Positions 34,846 to 48,983 are shown, counted from the first letter of the whole stretch. The stretch: 63,552 nucleotides of DNA, filler included, from Rhabdomonas costata (GCA_019059605.1; 26 parts of 26 records of this genome joined end to end with filler, not necessarily neighbours in it); one strand, 5' to 3'. The notes: a model not told the origin generated them from the sequence alone. Numbers and translations are program-made.

Positions 34846-36608
34846 TTAGCGTGGAGCCTTCCGGAAGCAAGCTCCGAAAGAGAGCAGAAGGGCCTTCTGG
34901 TGCCGCAGCACCCCCTGCAGGGCCTGGGCAAAGGTATGGCCCTGCAGCAACGCGGAGCACGCGAAGGCGTGCCGCAGAACAAACGCAGAGGGAGCCTGTG
35001 GAGGGGTGTGGCGCAAAGGCCGCAGTAGCTGCTCCTGAAAGCCCGAGCGGCAGCTGGCCAGAAGCTCCGTGCAAAGCACGCCCAGCCGGCGCCGCAGTGC
35101 CTCCAGCTTGGTCCGCAAGCTCCTGGATAAGAAAGAAGCTTGTTTAAACCCAGTTTAGGAAATCGTCAGCCCTGTCACTGAAGGACTGTGTCCAAGAGAT
35201 TTGCTTCCTGATCTTTTTCATCACAATGTTATTGTGAAAGCAAGACGGTTATAAAAACAAAAGACGCCTGGCCGAAATGCGAATTGGGAAAATTGAAGTG
35301 GACGTTTGCTAATAACTTTAGGAGGGCCAGTCTGCCAGTCTGGAAAACCGTTCAGATGGAACTAGAAAAACGCAGGACCCACCAAGACGGCTCGGGTTCA
35401 GTCCCCCCAAGGTTGGAGCTGGTTGCAGCTTACTCAAAAAAGGGAAATCATTTTGTTATCTGTTCAACTTTCGAAATGCGACAGCTGGGGAGTGGAAGAA
35501 ACAAGGAAAAAGTCAAAAACGATGCAATTGACCTGGAGTCCAAGGAGTCCACGACAATGCGAGAGAGAGCTTTTGATGCCTTCTCGACCGCTGCAACAGC
35601 ACCCAAGAGAGCTACGGCGGCATGGGCAAACATGGAGAGGTCGATCCACTCAGACACATGCTGGGGAACATCCGAGGCTGCCCGAAGAAGCTTGCTCACC
35701 TCTGTAGAAAATGGCATGAAGGCACAATGGGAGATGAAATGGAGTGTCTAAAACTATGGCGAAGGCGACAGCGATGCCTATCGACGGTGCGCGAGGGCAC
35801 GAGGGCACGCGATTTGAGGGGGTTTTGATTGGGTTGACATTGCCCGATGTACTATTGATGGATCAACGTCCTGGTTGAGGAAAAACTCTGTTCCCGAATT
35901 GTTTGCAAAACCGAGATTTTCTTTGAAGGAGGACAAAAAAACAAAACAAAAAGCAAGATTTTCCTTCGAAATTGAATCCATTGTGCAGGTATTAATTAAC
36001 ATAGCTTTGTTGGTTGCTTTTGTTGTTTGCTATTGATAATGCTAATACACCATTCACTGAACTGTTGTGGCGCAGTGACGAGCATTTCTTCTCAAAAAAA
36101 AATTATGGGCCGATGCAAGGAATCACCCACGCCGAAAAGGCTCGGCAGCTGGCTCTTGGCCGCCTGCAGCCCTCCAAAATCACTGCATCACTGTCACCCC
36201 ATGTTCAAGGGCGGATCCCCTCAACACGACAGAGTTGAGCAAGACACCTGCCTGGCCCACCCCAGCTGCCGCGCCACAGCACGCGTCAGCGCTCATGAAT
36301 AATGGAACAACCGCGAATTTCTCGTGAAGAGAAATTGGTTCATCAAAATGGATCAAGGCCACCTCCGTTGCAAAAAAAAACCTTCAACATTGTGAGAGTG
36401 GAAATAATGGACCAACAGAGCGGGCACGGGCAGTACCAGAAGTGACGCGGGCCTCAATCTTCTCCAAATCCAGTGGTGTAGCAGAAGCCTTCAAGGGTTT
36501 CGAAAAACCCGCAGTCATCTGGCTACAGATTGAGCCCATCTCAATCACTTTATCGGAGGACATTAAGAGGTCGTGATATCTGTCGCCGACCAGCTGCCGA
36601 AGCTCATC
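34846..36608 (-). CDS. COG1 / Vps51-Vps67 family tethering subunit, N-terminal fragment; exons 36608-36437, 35701-35533, 35122-~34890
   Basis: DELRQLVGDRYHDLLMSSDKVIEM followed in phase by EVSKLLRAASDVPQHVSEWID. GT-AG junctions checked for the first two introns. Confidence 0.78.
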
Positions 36609-37743
36609 CTGGAAACACAGGAAGTGAAACAACCACCTAAACACACCTAACACANNNNNNNNNNNNNNNNNNNNNNNNNNNNNNNNNNNNNNNNNNNNTT
36701 AATTAATTAANNNNNNNNNNNNNNNNNNNNNNNNNNNNNNNNNNNNNNNNNNNNGGTGGTTTTTAACTACTCGGCATGTTTTCGATTTAGATAAATTTAT
36801 ATTTTATTTTATTTCACCAGTGCCTGTGGGTATGTTCCTTCGGACCGCGGTATGTTTCTCTCGTGTCACCAGCTTGCGTACTTTTTTGCTCAGCACGTCA
36901 GATAGATGAGATGGATGCGGACGAGCTTCCCCCGCAGGGCATGAGTGCTAGCATGGCCGCCGGATGAGGACCGTGAGACTTGTTCTGTGTCGCCCCCTCC
37001 CATGCCCCCCCCCCTCGCGGATGAATCCCAGACACTGCGTGTGGCCTGAAGAAGGCGTGACATCAGTATTATCAGACTTGTTTCCTTGTGTATAACTGTT
37101 TTGTGTTTCCATTGGCTGTTCGGCGAGTTTGCTTCTTTACAGATAACTCTGGATTAGATGGGAGTTCATGACATGTTTTTCTGGAGCAGCGTATTAAAAT
37201 GAAGCAAATACCAGCTACCGATGGTAATTACCACGTGAGGCAACCTTCGTACCAATCGCACCACCCAAAGGTGATTCTCAACCGCTCCACTTCCGCCGCC
37301 AAAAGTGCCAAACGGAAAAGACATCTGATGTGGTTTCACGCCGGAAATTGCTATAAAAAACATGTGGTCATGTGGTTGAAAGTTTTTGGCGATGGGGTGG
37401 TTTCATAGGTCTTCTGCTTCACTTTCCCCCGTTGCAACATCCCGCTGCCTGCGCTTGTTTGTTCATCCTCCCTCCCCGGAAATGGATTTCGGTTCTTGGT
37501 GTGTGGACTTCATCAAGAATTTGGTTTAAAGTCCGTCAGTTTGAAGAATGTTAAGTGTAAGAGAGAGGATTTCTTTTCTGTTTTCCACGTAGATTTCGGT
37601 GCACGGGGCACATTTGCGACGCATTTGCTTTGCAATGCTTCTGTGTTTGAAATGGCAGCTGCAGATTGCCGGCAATGCCCTGCCGGGGGAGCGCAACCCA
37701 ATCTGTGGGCTTCTGCTGCTCCTTTCCCTTTTTCATGCTACAG

Positions 37744-39100
37744 TCACGGTGCAGAGTCGAGTCACCCGCAATCCGCCTGCCAGTCCTTCCCTTGGCCCGC
37801 ACCATGCCCCGTACTTCCTCCCCCTTTCCAGTGGTACCCTCGTGAGCGCTCTTGAAGGGCATCTCGATGAGCGCCAGCTTTCTCCCAAAGAATTTGTTTG
37901 GCACCGGCGAGCCCAAAACCGCAGCCTCACGTCAAGCAGCCAGCAGGCCACCGAGGATGGCGGTCCTCAACCACTGCTGGTTTTGGTGAAGCGAGGTCAT
38001 CAAACGACAGGGCTGCTGAGGGAGATCAGGGATTCGGTGGAGGAGAGCGCTCGCCACACGGTCACCTCGCTGGCTCCCGGGGTCATTGCCCTTCAGGGCA
38101 GGCGCAGCGGAACGGAGAAGGCTCTTCGAGAGCTGCGGTCTTCCGGGAGAGTGCTTGGGGTGGTGGCGCTGCCTCCGGAGGACAAGTACGCCCCCGAAGG
38201 GAAGAGGAGGGCTGCCGGTGGTCGCGAGCCTTCCGCTCTGCTGGTGCATCTGGTGCCCCACGAGAAACCCCGCAGCTCCGAGGCTCTTCAAAGGACAGCC
38301 ACGGTTTTCACGCACGTGTGCATAATGGGGGCAGGAATGCGGTCGTGGAGGTGGGCAGAGTGGATAGTAGTTCAGGAAGATGAGCGGGCATCGGGAAGAG
38401 AGTGAGCAGAAGCACAGCGTATCATATGCAGACGATTGGTTAGCATGGACAATGGAGCGCGAGATGGAGAGAACCACAGACCCCGGCGTGAAAATTCCGG
38501 TGTGAGGGTAGGGTGGATCCTTCCTGTGTAATCTCTTGTTGTGTGTGACGCTGGATTTTCATTAAACGCCTTTGACGGTCCCCGTTTCGTTTCATAATAT
38601 GATGGACATTTGGCAATTGACACGCTCGATCGCGTTGGCATTTGATTTGCCTGCGCTGCATTGTGTGCCGTGCTACATGTATATCTGTTGTGTACTGCAT
38701 TTGCGCAACGGGACCATTGGACCTTTCGTCCTGTTGGTGCTTTCTTCTCGTCAGCCCTTCACCTCTTGACTCGCACACCCCTCTAGGAGCTCCAGGCCCT
38801 GCTATCGGTGCGAAGCATGGATTCCCAAGTATCCGTGCGCTCTTCTGGCCGCGCGCCTGTCCTCCGAGTGCAGTGTGCCTCTTCCACTTCCGAGGCTAAG
38901 GCTGTCCTGAGCCACAGCCCTGAGGTCTCTTCCAATATTCGACCTCGCTTTATGCAGGCACCTCTCTTCTTGGGTCCGATCTTTCCTCCGTTTTACTGAG
39001 GGGCACCCTTTGTTCCTCTCTCACTCTCATGTCTCGTGCTCGTGCTTTTGCAGTTAACCTCAATTCGCTTTCAGCGGAAGTACCTGAAAACAAGGCCCAC
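37744..39100 (+). CDS. Spliced gene fragment of unknown function (exons ~37744-38315, 38788-38957, 39054-39100)
   Basis: A long GC-rich ORF joins in phase ...TATVFTH|ELQALLSVRSM... No recognisable domain. Confidence 0.45.
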
Positions 39101-39211
39101 NNNNNNNNNNNNNNNNNNNNNNNNNNNNNNNNNNNNNNNNNNNNTTAATTAATTAANNNNNNNNNNNNNNNNNNNNNNNNNNNNNNNNNNNNNNNNNNNN
39201 ATGATACGATT

Positions 39212-40404
39212 GTGGCAGTTCGGGTGCCAGACCTTTCTCGGCAAGGTGCGCCTGAGCCGCCCCATTTTGAGGAGACCTCTGTTGGCGTCGATTTGCTGCT
39301 TTCTGTTATCAGTCTTGCCGCTCACGCGGAGGACTCTGAGTCGGGAGGGGAGGGCCTGGTTCCCCGGATTCGTTGGCGAGCTCTTGTCTCTTTGGGAGGC
39401 CTGCGGTACGATGATGATGAATTCGAGGCGGCATATAAAAAGTTCATTGTGAAGTCTGTACCCGAACTCTTCTTCGTGCTTGCTGTGTTTCAGCTCTTCT
39501 GCGGCACGTGGAGCATCGTCGGCCTTTTGGGAGCCGTCCTTCCATGCCACCTCTCTTCCAGTGGGGGGGTTAGCCCCTGGGTTGCGGCGCATGCTGTGCT
39601 GTTTCTTTTCTCCTGTGGGCTTATCTTTCGACTTGTCCGTTTGGCCCGCAGCAGCTGCCAAAGGGAAGACCGCAGCCTGAAATGTCATGTCTTGGCGGTT
39701 CTAGGGCTGATGTTTTGCCATTACGTCGTCTGCATAGCTTCCGTGTATGTGCAGCCTAACTTGTACTCGGCTAGCAACTGGACCAGCTACCACGCTGTCT
39801 TCTTCCATGGCCATGCGGGGTTTGTGAATCCTGGGGATCAGTGGTGCATTAACACCCTGTATGACATGGCTTATTTCATCCTTTTCGCGCTGACCTTCTG
39901 CGTGGGCGTCATTCCGATCTTTTTGTCTACCACCCTGCGTCTCGGCCTCATCCTGACGCTCTTCCTAAGTCACAGCGCTGTTGCTGTTGTCCTTTTGCAC
40001 CACCTTGATCTGATCGAGCTTGGGGTTGTGCTTTGCAACGCCTCGTACCTCTTTGCCGTGGAGACGATCGTTAGAATCTTCTATCGTACGCTGATCGAGG
40101 CCCACCAGTGCAGGATTGAAACGGAGCGGCAGCCTGAATTGCAGCACCGAAACGCTGTGATGCTGGCTTCAATGCCTGAGAGGCTTCTACAGGCCCCCAA
40201 CAACACGCTCACTCACACACTGGCTGGTCTTTTGTGTGTGCGGTTCACAACCTTCTCACATCCCAAGATTTACGAGGGAGCAGTAGACCTTGGTGAGGTC
40301 TTCGCTGATTTCAATGGTGTCGTGGGAACCGTCCAAACCGCGCTGGATCTGTTAACGATCGATGCTTCCATCGTTCAGTGCACCTTGAGCGACGGCAGTC
40401 CAGG
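39212..40404 (+). CDS. Multi-pass membrane protein followed by a degenerate class III nucleotide-cyclase-like region (one long exon)
   Basis: About 6 hydrophobic helices, then a helical linker (MLASMPERLL) and LAGLLCVRFTTFS where cyclases have V(L)FADIxGFT. Probable donor G|GTGGGT at ~40404. Confidence 0.5.
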
Positions 40405-42111
40405 TGGGTGTGCATTTCTTCTCGTAAAGCTAGGGAACGGTCTCTGAACTGCGTGAAAAAATACAAAATTCATGTAAATGCTTACCTCGATCCTTTAGTT
40501 AGCTCACCTTTGATCCTTCTTGCTGTCCTGTGGTTGCCATTTCGTCGTCAGGGGTTGTCGGATGGGATTTGTGTCCCAAATAAATTCGTTCTTGGAGTTC
40601 TTCTTGACATTTTCAGGTTTATTTCCTCTTTGGACAAAAGAACACTGCAGAAATTTGGACCGAAAAAGAAAACAAACAAAACAAAAAAGTTTCGTGAGGC
40701 CTGCTGTATATACAAAAGACCCCAGGCCTGTTTCGGCTTGGCCCACCAAACTTCTTTTTTTAGAAGAGAAAAGAAAGGGCGTAATTTTAACCCTGCCTTT
40801 GCGCAATTTGCCAGTGAGCCCTTGCTCTCTAGAATTTTATTGGAAACCCGGTCCTTTCAGAAAGACACGGATACAAAACGGGGGGGGACTGTTTTTTGAG
40901 TCATTTAGCGCGTTTTAATGTGGTCGGGCATGTGTCTTTGCACCCCAAGAACATACGACACTTTCGATGTCCGTGACAACGAAAACTCATGAACTACCTC
41001 CAGCATGAGACCGCAAAAGACTATAAATAGTGGGGGAAAACTTGTATTTCTTTTTGCCGTTTTCAACTTAAAAAATGTGAGATGGAGATTGGTGGAGACA
41101 GGTTGCGAAAAGCGTCCACAGTGTCCCCCTTCGTCCGCCAAAACTCATGACGAAACTAGCTCTAATCGTCCGCCAAATACATCCGAAAGGTCCAGCAATC
41201 TATTTCCTTGGTTTGTTTTTCACTCAAACCTGCGAACCAGGGCTGCTGGTGCTGTTGCCCTACGGCAGCTGTCTTTCGCACGACGGCACGACCCCGCTCT
41301 CCGCTGCATTCCTTGCCCTGGGCAGGCTTCTCCTGGCACACGCCCTCTCCCTCAGCCTCCCCGCGTCGTTCCAAATGTCCGCCGTCCTGCGCCTTGTGCG
41401 CGAGAGCTGCCACCACGGCTCCCATGCTGTGGACGAAGACTCGGTAGCTGAGGCGGAAAGGCTGCTGCTGTGCTGCCCCATTAACTGCTTGGCCTGCGGA
41501 GGGTCAGCTTTGCCTGCCATGAGGTTTCCTGCCCCGACCCTTCCGANNNNNNNNNNNNNNNNNNNNNNNNNNNNNNNNNNNNNNNNNNNNTTAATTAATT
41601 AANNNNNNNNNNNNNNNNNNNNNNNNNNNNNNNNNNNNNNNNNNNNTGTTTGTTGTTTGTTATGGCTTTCATCGCCCTCTCTGCAGAGCTATTTCTCCCA
41701 GCTATTTGTCTTCGTACGTCTTCCCGTTGCTGGCAATCGCTATCACCGCTGGAGCGGTAGCTTGTCCTGTCCCTTCTTCCGCCGTCTGGCGCACTTGTTG
41801 ACGCTGTTGGGTCGCTGCGAACATTGTCACCCCGTCTGCGCGGGCGGCCTTATATCCTGTTCGCGCTGTTCCCTCTCTGACCCCCCGCCACTCTTTTCTC
41901 AAAAGTCTCCCGGCTAATTTGGTTTCCCACGTCGCCCGTGGCAACATTTGCACGGTTAGAATAGTTGTTTGATTGAGCGAATGAGAGCTTTCTTCAGCCT
42001 TGCCCTCTTTTACAACTTGTCATTTTCATGTTCCACAGTATGTCATCTGTTGGTTGATTCCTGGATAGTCCCGGCCCTGTTTACGACCTTGTTTGGGCTT
42101 CGTTGCCGTAG

Positions 42112-43160
42112 GCATTGAAGCTGTGTTCGTGCACCACGTGGCCCACGAGCTGTTCAAGTTGCAGATCCCCATCATCCCCCGTATGATGAGTGCCTTTGCG
42201 CACCAGAAGACGGCCATTGACACCCACCCCGGTGCGGAGATCGGGTCCCACTTCTTTATTGACCACGGCACGGGCGTCGTAATCGGTATGGGATCCTCTG
42301 CTATAGCTCGGGTTAGGGGATTTCTCTGTGTCCTCCTGCCCCGGGTCTGTTACTTAGCCACGCAGCAAAATAGATCTGGATGTCAGGACAGAGGACAGAG
42401 AGAGCTGAAATCAAAAAGCACACCGCTAGGGGCTCACAGCTTTTGGATGTACAGCTAGAGTGGTGAAATTAGAAGCTTTTGCGTGTGTATGTGTGTGGGG
42501 GTGCTTCCAGGCGAGACCACGAAGATCGGGAACAACGTGAAGCTCTTCCATGGGGTAACCCTGGGGGCCCTTTCGACGAAGGACGGTCAGGCCCTCGCCG
42601 GGAAGAAGCGCCACCCCACCATCGAGGACGACGTCACGATCTACGCGGGGGCTGTGATTTTGGGAGGCAAGACTGTGATCGGGAAAGGTGGGCTGCCTCT
42701 TTTTTGCTCGGCAGGAAAGGGATGGACCGATGCCTTTTGAGAATTCGGAACCGTGTTGCTGAAGAACCTCGTCATCGGAGGCTTCGTTTTTAACTTTTCG
42801 GAACTACTTGAATGACAATGTCTTTTTCCCTCATCTGAAGTTTTCCCCGGGTCTGTGTTGCTCGCTTGTTATTCGAAGAATGGCAATGCCTGAGAACCAT
42901 CGGATGAGATTCGGTATAGCCTCCTCCGTGCACAGCAACACACATCATTGTCTGCTTTCAAGTGCGGAAAAATGGAAAAAAAAATGTGCTTTTAGATTCG
43001 TTCTTTTATGGTTTGCTTGGCAGGATCGACAATTGGGGGGTCCGTCTTCGTCACCCAATCGGTGCCTCCTGGGAACGTGGTTACCTCCATCCAACCGGAG
43101 CTGCGGCTGCGGGGACCCTCCTCGCGGCTGGGATTTGAGAGCTTTGACCCAGGCATCTAA
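42112..43160 (+). CDS. cysE: Serine O-acetyltransferase (CysE/EpsC type), last three exons 42112-42285, 42511-42687, 43024-43160
   Basis: [47 protein letters not shown]...[21 protein letters not shown]...|[19 protein letters not shown] introns in phase. Confidence 0.95.
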
Positions 43161-45239
43161 AATAGTCGGCACACCTAAGGGGGTCACAATTCCTTGCATC
43201 TACTGCTTTACATCCTGTAGCGTACACTTTTGACCCTGGTGGGTGGGTGAGGGGGAGTAGGTTCTGCTCTGCAATGCAAACGCACACACGCCTGGAGAAC
43301 TTGCTTCCCTCAGAAGGCGACAGGTTCCACAGGTGCGGGGGTAGATATGCTGTTGGTGGGCGTGGAGGTCTACGGGGTGAGCTCCTCAGCGGCACTCCCG
43401 CAAGACCCATCGCCGGTATTTAGAAGCAAACTTCCAGTGTGGCCTGGCCCCAGCTGGACCACTTGTATGCTAGTGCCTGCGCATATGCCACGCTTTTCTT
43501 CACGACAACGGTGTTTCCGGTTATCAAGTTTTTTGTTGTTTGGGATAATGCAATTGGGGAACAGACTGACCGGAGTTTTATTTGGCTCCTGCACCGAAAC
43601 AAGTGCAACGAAAACAGATTTTGGTGGAACCTCCATTGCCGACCTTGTGTAAGCACGGCTTCGCGAAAAATGTTTCTAACTTTTGTTTGTACCTTTTTAA
43701 TGAACCTTTATGTGCAGTTTTCGAACAATCCCACAACCACGAAAAACACCCCAGCACGGCGGAAATTTCGCCGCTTGATGGCCGGATGATTTCCTACGTT
43801 CAGCCGGTGTGCTCGCCATGTGGTTTTGTTCTTTCCCTCAATCCCGCCCTAACATCCTTCTCGCGTGTTTTTGCGGAGGTGCTGGTGGAACCGTGAAAAA
43901 TTAATTTATATTTTCTTGTTTTTACATAATAGAATGACCCTTTGACGCACCCCTATCTGGTATTTTGGGGTATTCCGGACCGAAAGCGGCGCNNNNNNNN
44001 NNNNNNNNNNNNNNNNNNNNNNNNNNNNNNNNNNNNTTAATTAATTAANNNNNNNNNNNNNNNNNNNNNNNNNNNNNNNNNNNNNNNNNNNNGGGGGGGG
44101 TGAAGGCTGAGCCTGAGCCCAGGTGCATCCACCTGGCGGGAAATGGATTGGTTTTATAGAAAGGCTGCGCCTTTCCCGATTTCAACGGACTTACGTCCCT
44201 TGTGTTTGTTCTTGAGCTCTTTCATTCAAGATCACAGAGCAAGCGTTAGCAATGCTCCCTAGCATGGCAATCCTCCCCCCACCGAATCACATACGTCACT
44301 TATCGCTCCAACGTGACAGCCCGATTGCAGGTTTTTTTTGCAGATGAAGTATTAGTCGATGTTTTGCTGAGGTAGATGGCACCGTATCTTCCACTTCTTC
44401 ATTTGTTTGAGATGCGTTCTGGGACCCCCTGCCTTTCATTCTTATTTGTTCACGCGTTTTTTTTTTGCAGCTTCAAGGAAGGCCTGGTTAAGCTATGGAG
44501 AGAAGGAATTCTTGGGTATGTGTTTGTCTGCATCCCTTTTTCTAGGGTCACATCTAGCCATCGAAATCCAAATAGCTATTCTGCCCAATGTCACCGTGCT
44601 TTTTTTTCTGTCCGCGTCTCGTCTCAAAGCCCACACTGCATTCTGAGCGCAAGTCTTAGTAATTTCTTGGCGGACTGGATAGGGAACGTTCTGATTCCTC
44701 CTCCATCTCTGTGTAGGTACGAAGCTGACGAAGCCGCAGGTCTGAAGAAGGACTGATCCTTGCGTGCGTTTGGAGGCTGTGGGATGCTGCTCCCTGGGTT
44801 GAACTGAGGTGCCTGGGTGTCTGTGCTAATTTCTTCCACATGTGTGTGTGCCATCGTGACTTCTTCACTTTTGCGGTGGCTGTGTGCTTCTTTGGGGCGT
44901 TGCAATCTGGACGAGAATGGGGAGTACTAAAATCCACAGCCCAACGTCGCCACCCTTTGGAGCCTTTGTGAGGTCGATTGCGAAAAGTGATCTACACCAC
45001 ATCCGTTCCATTGCCGTGCTCACCCACGGCAGTGGCGATCGCTTGCTGCTGCATGAGTCATCATTGAAACCCTTTGCGTTTGCTGATTCAGCACTTATGT
45101 TGCAGCCCTCGGAGAGTGAGCAGGAGTATTTGTATCCTTCCTACCGCGCATGTCTCATTGTGCTGTGAAAGAGGGCTGAAAACGCGCACATGTCATTCTG
45201 CTGTGCCAGAGAGCTGAAACATGTTCATTTTTCAATTGG

Positions 45240-45273
45240 TTTTCCCGTTTCCCGTTTCCCGTTTCCCGTTTCC
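45240..45273 (+). repeat. Short tandem repeat of TTTCCCG-like units
   Basis: tttcccgtttcccgtttcccgtttcccgtttccc. Confidence 0.85.
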
Positions 45274-45465
45274 CTTTCTCTATTTTCATCTGTTATGCGG
45301 TCTTCTGTTTCGAGTTTGATCCTTCCTTGCTCATCCTCTTCGCTGTGGCCGCGCAAATCTCTGCGGAGTTTTTCAACGGCATCCTTGACACATAGTGTTT
45401 TTCGTTGCTGTTTTGCCCAGGTGTTTCATGACGTTTCATAACTTTCTCCTATACTGTGGATCGCA

Positions 45466-46435
45466 ATGCATTATGCCAAAGGGTCGTACCCATTTCAGTC
45501 GCCAGTGCAGAACTCTGAGCATCCAATGCAAGCATCACCCTCGCCCCAAAGCAGCGCTCACTCATATTACTCCGGACCATCAGCCCAGCCCAACTACCGC
45601 TCCAATGGCACCCAGAGCGCAGTTCCATCCCGACCTCAGGATCCTTCTCGGCCCTGGTCCCCACAATCAGCCACTGCTTCCTTCACAGCCCCCTCTGCCC
45701 CAGAGCAATTTCCTGTGAGGAATGTGTACAGAAACTCCCCAGCATCAGACCTGGCCTCCGCTGATCCCAGGGCGAACCCTCCGTCCCGTGTCCAGCCCGT
45801 GATGGGCCACCCAGGTTTCCCGGATTACACTCCCGCACAAACTCCACCAGCTGCCCGGGCCTTTCATGGCCAGCAACCGGCTCCTCCCGCCCAATCCCAG
45901 GACCCGATTTTCGGGTCTCCCATGTCTCATACTAACACCTTTTCTCCAGCTACTTCCGCGCCGCGGCACCACGCTGACAACCCCGGCTTAGATGCTATAG
46001 GCCGGGACCTTTCTCATCATCACACCCAACTCCAAAGCAATGCTGAGAATTACCCTCACCACCCAAACGGGTACCGTCCAGCGTGGTCTGCAGGCCAGTC
46101 TGCTCCCTCTGCAGCCCCGTTTGCCCCCCAAGGTCCTGCAAACCCTGTGCAGGCTCCGACCACCATGAGCTTCCCAGATCGGCAGGCTCCCCTTCAACCG
46201 CGGCCGCAGTGCGCGGGGTACGGGTGCTCTCACACTGAGCTTCCAAAGCAGGAGTCCTTCTTGGGGCCCGCAAATCCCGCTGCGCTACAATCAGCCACGG
46301 CTGCGTCGGCGAGAGCTCCAACACCGCAAACCTTTGGTGAGCCGCAACCGTCTCATTCTCGCACTCAGAACGGCGGGATTCTCCTGATCACCTCCCCTGC
46401 TATTTCCCCAACAACTCCCGCACGCCTTCTCAAGG
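45466..46435 (+). CDS. Pro/Ser/Ala/Gln-rich low-complexity N-terminal exon of an unknown protein
   Basis: ORF of >320 codons starting at ATG after a pyrimidine-rich region and ending at AAG|GTGA at the contig end. Confidence 0.6.
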
Positions 46436-46805
46436 TGANNNNNNNNNNNNNNNNNNNNNNNNNNNNNNNNNNNNNNNNNNNNTTAATTAATTAANNNNNN
46501 NNNNNNNNNNNNNNNNNNNNNNNNNNNNNNNNNNNNNNTGTCGTTTTTGTGGGTATTAGCCATGGATAGAGAGAAAGAGGTGAAACATAATGTCTGATGG
46601 ATGCAGGGGGGCCTAACCGAATTACCGAATTTCCTGTTTTCGTACAGATTAGTCAAAATGTGCTGTGAGGCTGTCTTTGTGGTAAAAAGTTGAAAGGTTC
46701 AAAGATTCATAAGTGGTCAGAGATGGCTGAAAAACTGTGTATGGAAATTTTTACACATTCACATATGTGGGACACTGTGCGCAAACACTGTGGGGGTCTT
46801 CGCAG

Positions 46806-46983
46806 GGCGCCAGCGCTGGTCGCCATTGCTCTGATGCAGCGGGGCGGGCTGGGGCCCCTGGATGCCATTCTGTATGTGCGAGAGCGCCGCAAGGGGGCGT
46901 TCAACGCGAAGCAGATGGCTTACCTGGAGGCCTACAAGACCAGCGACCGCAAGAAGCGCCAAATTTGCTGCCTCATCTGCTGA
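46806..46983 (+). CDS. PRL/PTP4A-type prenylated protein tyrosine phosphatase, last exon
   Basis: RAPALVAIALMQRGGLGPLDAILYVRERRKGAFNAKQMAYLEAYK...KKRQICCLIC*. PRL C-terminus with a basic patch and CaaX-like end. Confidence 0.88.
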
Positions 46984-48221
46984 GTGAGGCCGACAGTACA
47001 TGCACACGAAGAGGGGCGGGGGGAGAAAGATTGGCGGGCGCTGGGTGCCTCTGACTGGTTCGTCCTGTGCCAGCAGTCCCCGAGTGCTTTCGGCCCTTTG
47101 TCCCCCTCGCTCACTTCGACGCTATGTTGTTCACCTTCCCAAACAATGAGACTGGTGCTTCTGTATTGCAGCGGCACCATTGCTTCGGCACTGTGCCCTC
47201 CTTCCGCTCGCTCCCAATCCCAAACTCTGGCATTGCATCGTGTACGTGTACCCCCAACCCCAGCCCGCAACCGCTTGCGCTCTTGTGCCCGTGTCTCGTG
47301 CACCCTCTCTCACTCCTTCCCTCTCTGTTTATACTTTCTCCGGCACTCCTTTCCTTTCATGTAAATTCTGTCAAGCTGCGGATGGACCTGGGCGAAGGGA
47401 ACGTGTCCTTCCCGCGTTCGTGTTGTGCCCCTTGCAGCGTTTTGGCACGGGGAGGAATCTTTGTAAGGGCTGTGCAGTTCTCCATCTTAGCGGTCTCCGA
47501 TGAGGGGAGCGATTCTGACGGCATCTTTAACTTCAGAGGAAAGGGCACATCATAGGGTAAGCTCAACCGACGGGAATTCCATGCGTACGTACGTACAATG
47601 ACAACTCTGGCGCAACGACACAACTCTCCCACACCCACGGTGACACAATCGGGAACCACCCCCCTCGCCTTTCTGCGGTGATCAGTGACAAAAAAACTGG
47701 GTATTTGTATTTGCATTATTTGCCAGTGCGTGCCTTTGCAGATTACTTTTTGTTGAACCTCGCTCCTTGTGTCTTTTTCTTCGTAGATGTCCTTCGTGGC
47801 CTGTCTGCGGGATAGTTCCTAACCACTTTCGCGTCTCTCTTGGGGGGTGTCTCCCCTCTCCCCCAAACAATGGCTCGGGTTCCTTCGTTTCTCTGGATTG
47901 CGATTGTAGTTCTGTGTCGACCAGTGGCCGCCCAGTTTTGGATCGGTGGGACGATTTCCTGGAGGAGACAAGGTTCTTACCGCTTTTACTTCGGTGGGTG
48001 TTTAAGTGTGCGCTGATTCTGGGGAATCCTCATGAAAGTGTAATATTCTCAGCACCTCTCAATGCACCCGGTGAAACTTCAGGTTTTGATTTACCCCAAT
48101 AAGCCTTCCTTGTTAGCAGCTATGTCATGTCAAGGCGTAATTCCCATCACAAGTTCGAAGAATCAGAAGACGCATTTGCTCTGCGTTTTGCCTTCTCTTT
48201 ATTTGCGTGCGACCTTTTCAG

Positions 48222-48834
48222 CATCGTCGTCCCGGCTGGTGCTATTCACGGTCTCTGCGGTGGTGGACCCCAACCACTACCCCACGTACTGCACTGCCAC
48301 TAAGTGCCCTGGGGCAGTGTGTGCGGCGGGCAGCTGCACCAGCCTCGGCGCCGTGCCTCTGAGCGCGCTTAACGCGACAGGGAATTTCTTCAACTTCGGC
48401 GATGGCACGGGAACCTACCTGAGCAACTCCGTGTGCGCCGTGGCCAGCTCAGATTCCCGGGGTGTGGGGGGAGGGGGATCACCTGACTTCATCGGATTGG
48501 GACGAAAATCACAGGCGAAGAGTTCCGTCCTTTTGTATCCTTCTCAATTTGGCAAACTGCCATGGTGCGTCTGAGGGTTCAGGAACCCCAGCGGCTGAGC
48601 GCAGAACCGCTTTGGATGAGTACTAGTAACCTCCAGTTCCCCCTTGCGCAGTGTGTGCGTGGCAAAGCGGTGTGTTCTTCGCCTCGCACTGCAGGGACGC
48701 AGGTTCAGTGTGCTGTGAACCGGACCTACACCTCCGCTGGGACCTTCACCGCATCGCTGAACACCAGCGGCAACTCCACCTGGGTCCCCAATCTCGCAGG
48801 GAGCTCTGGGAAGCCCTTCGGCCTCACCGCAAAG
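48222..48834 (+). CDS. Cys/Thr/Gly-rich extracellular protein fragment with PKD-like motifs (two exons, approximate)
   Basis: FNFGDGTG and RTYTSAGTFTASL resemble the PKD motifs WDFGDG and HTYxxxGxYTVxL; several N-x-S/T sequons. Confidence 0.45.
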
Positions 48835-48983
48835 GTCGTCGTGCTTCTCTTACTGCTCAGAACGCGGGGTTGAAAACACACATNNNNNNNNNNNNNNNNN
48901 NNNNNNNNNNNNNNNNNNNNNNNNNNNTTAATTAATTAANNNNNNNNNNNNNNNNNNNNNNNNNNNNNNNNNNNNNNNNNNNN

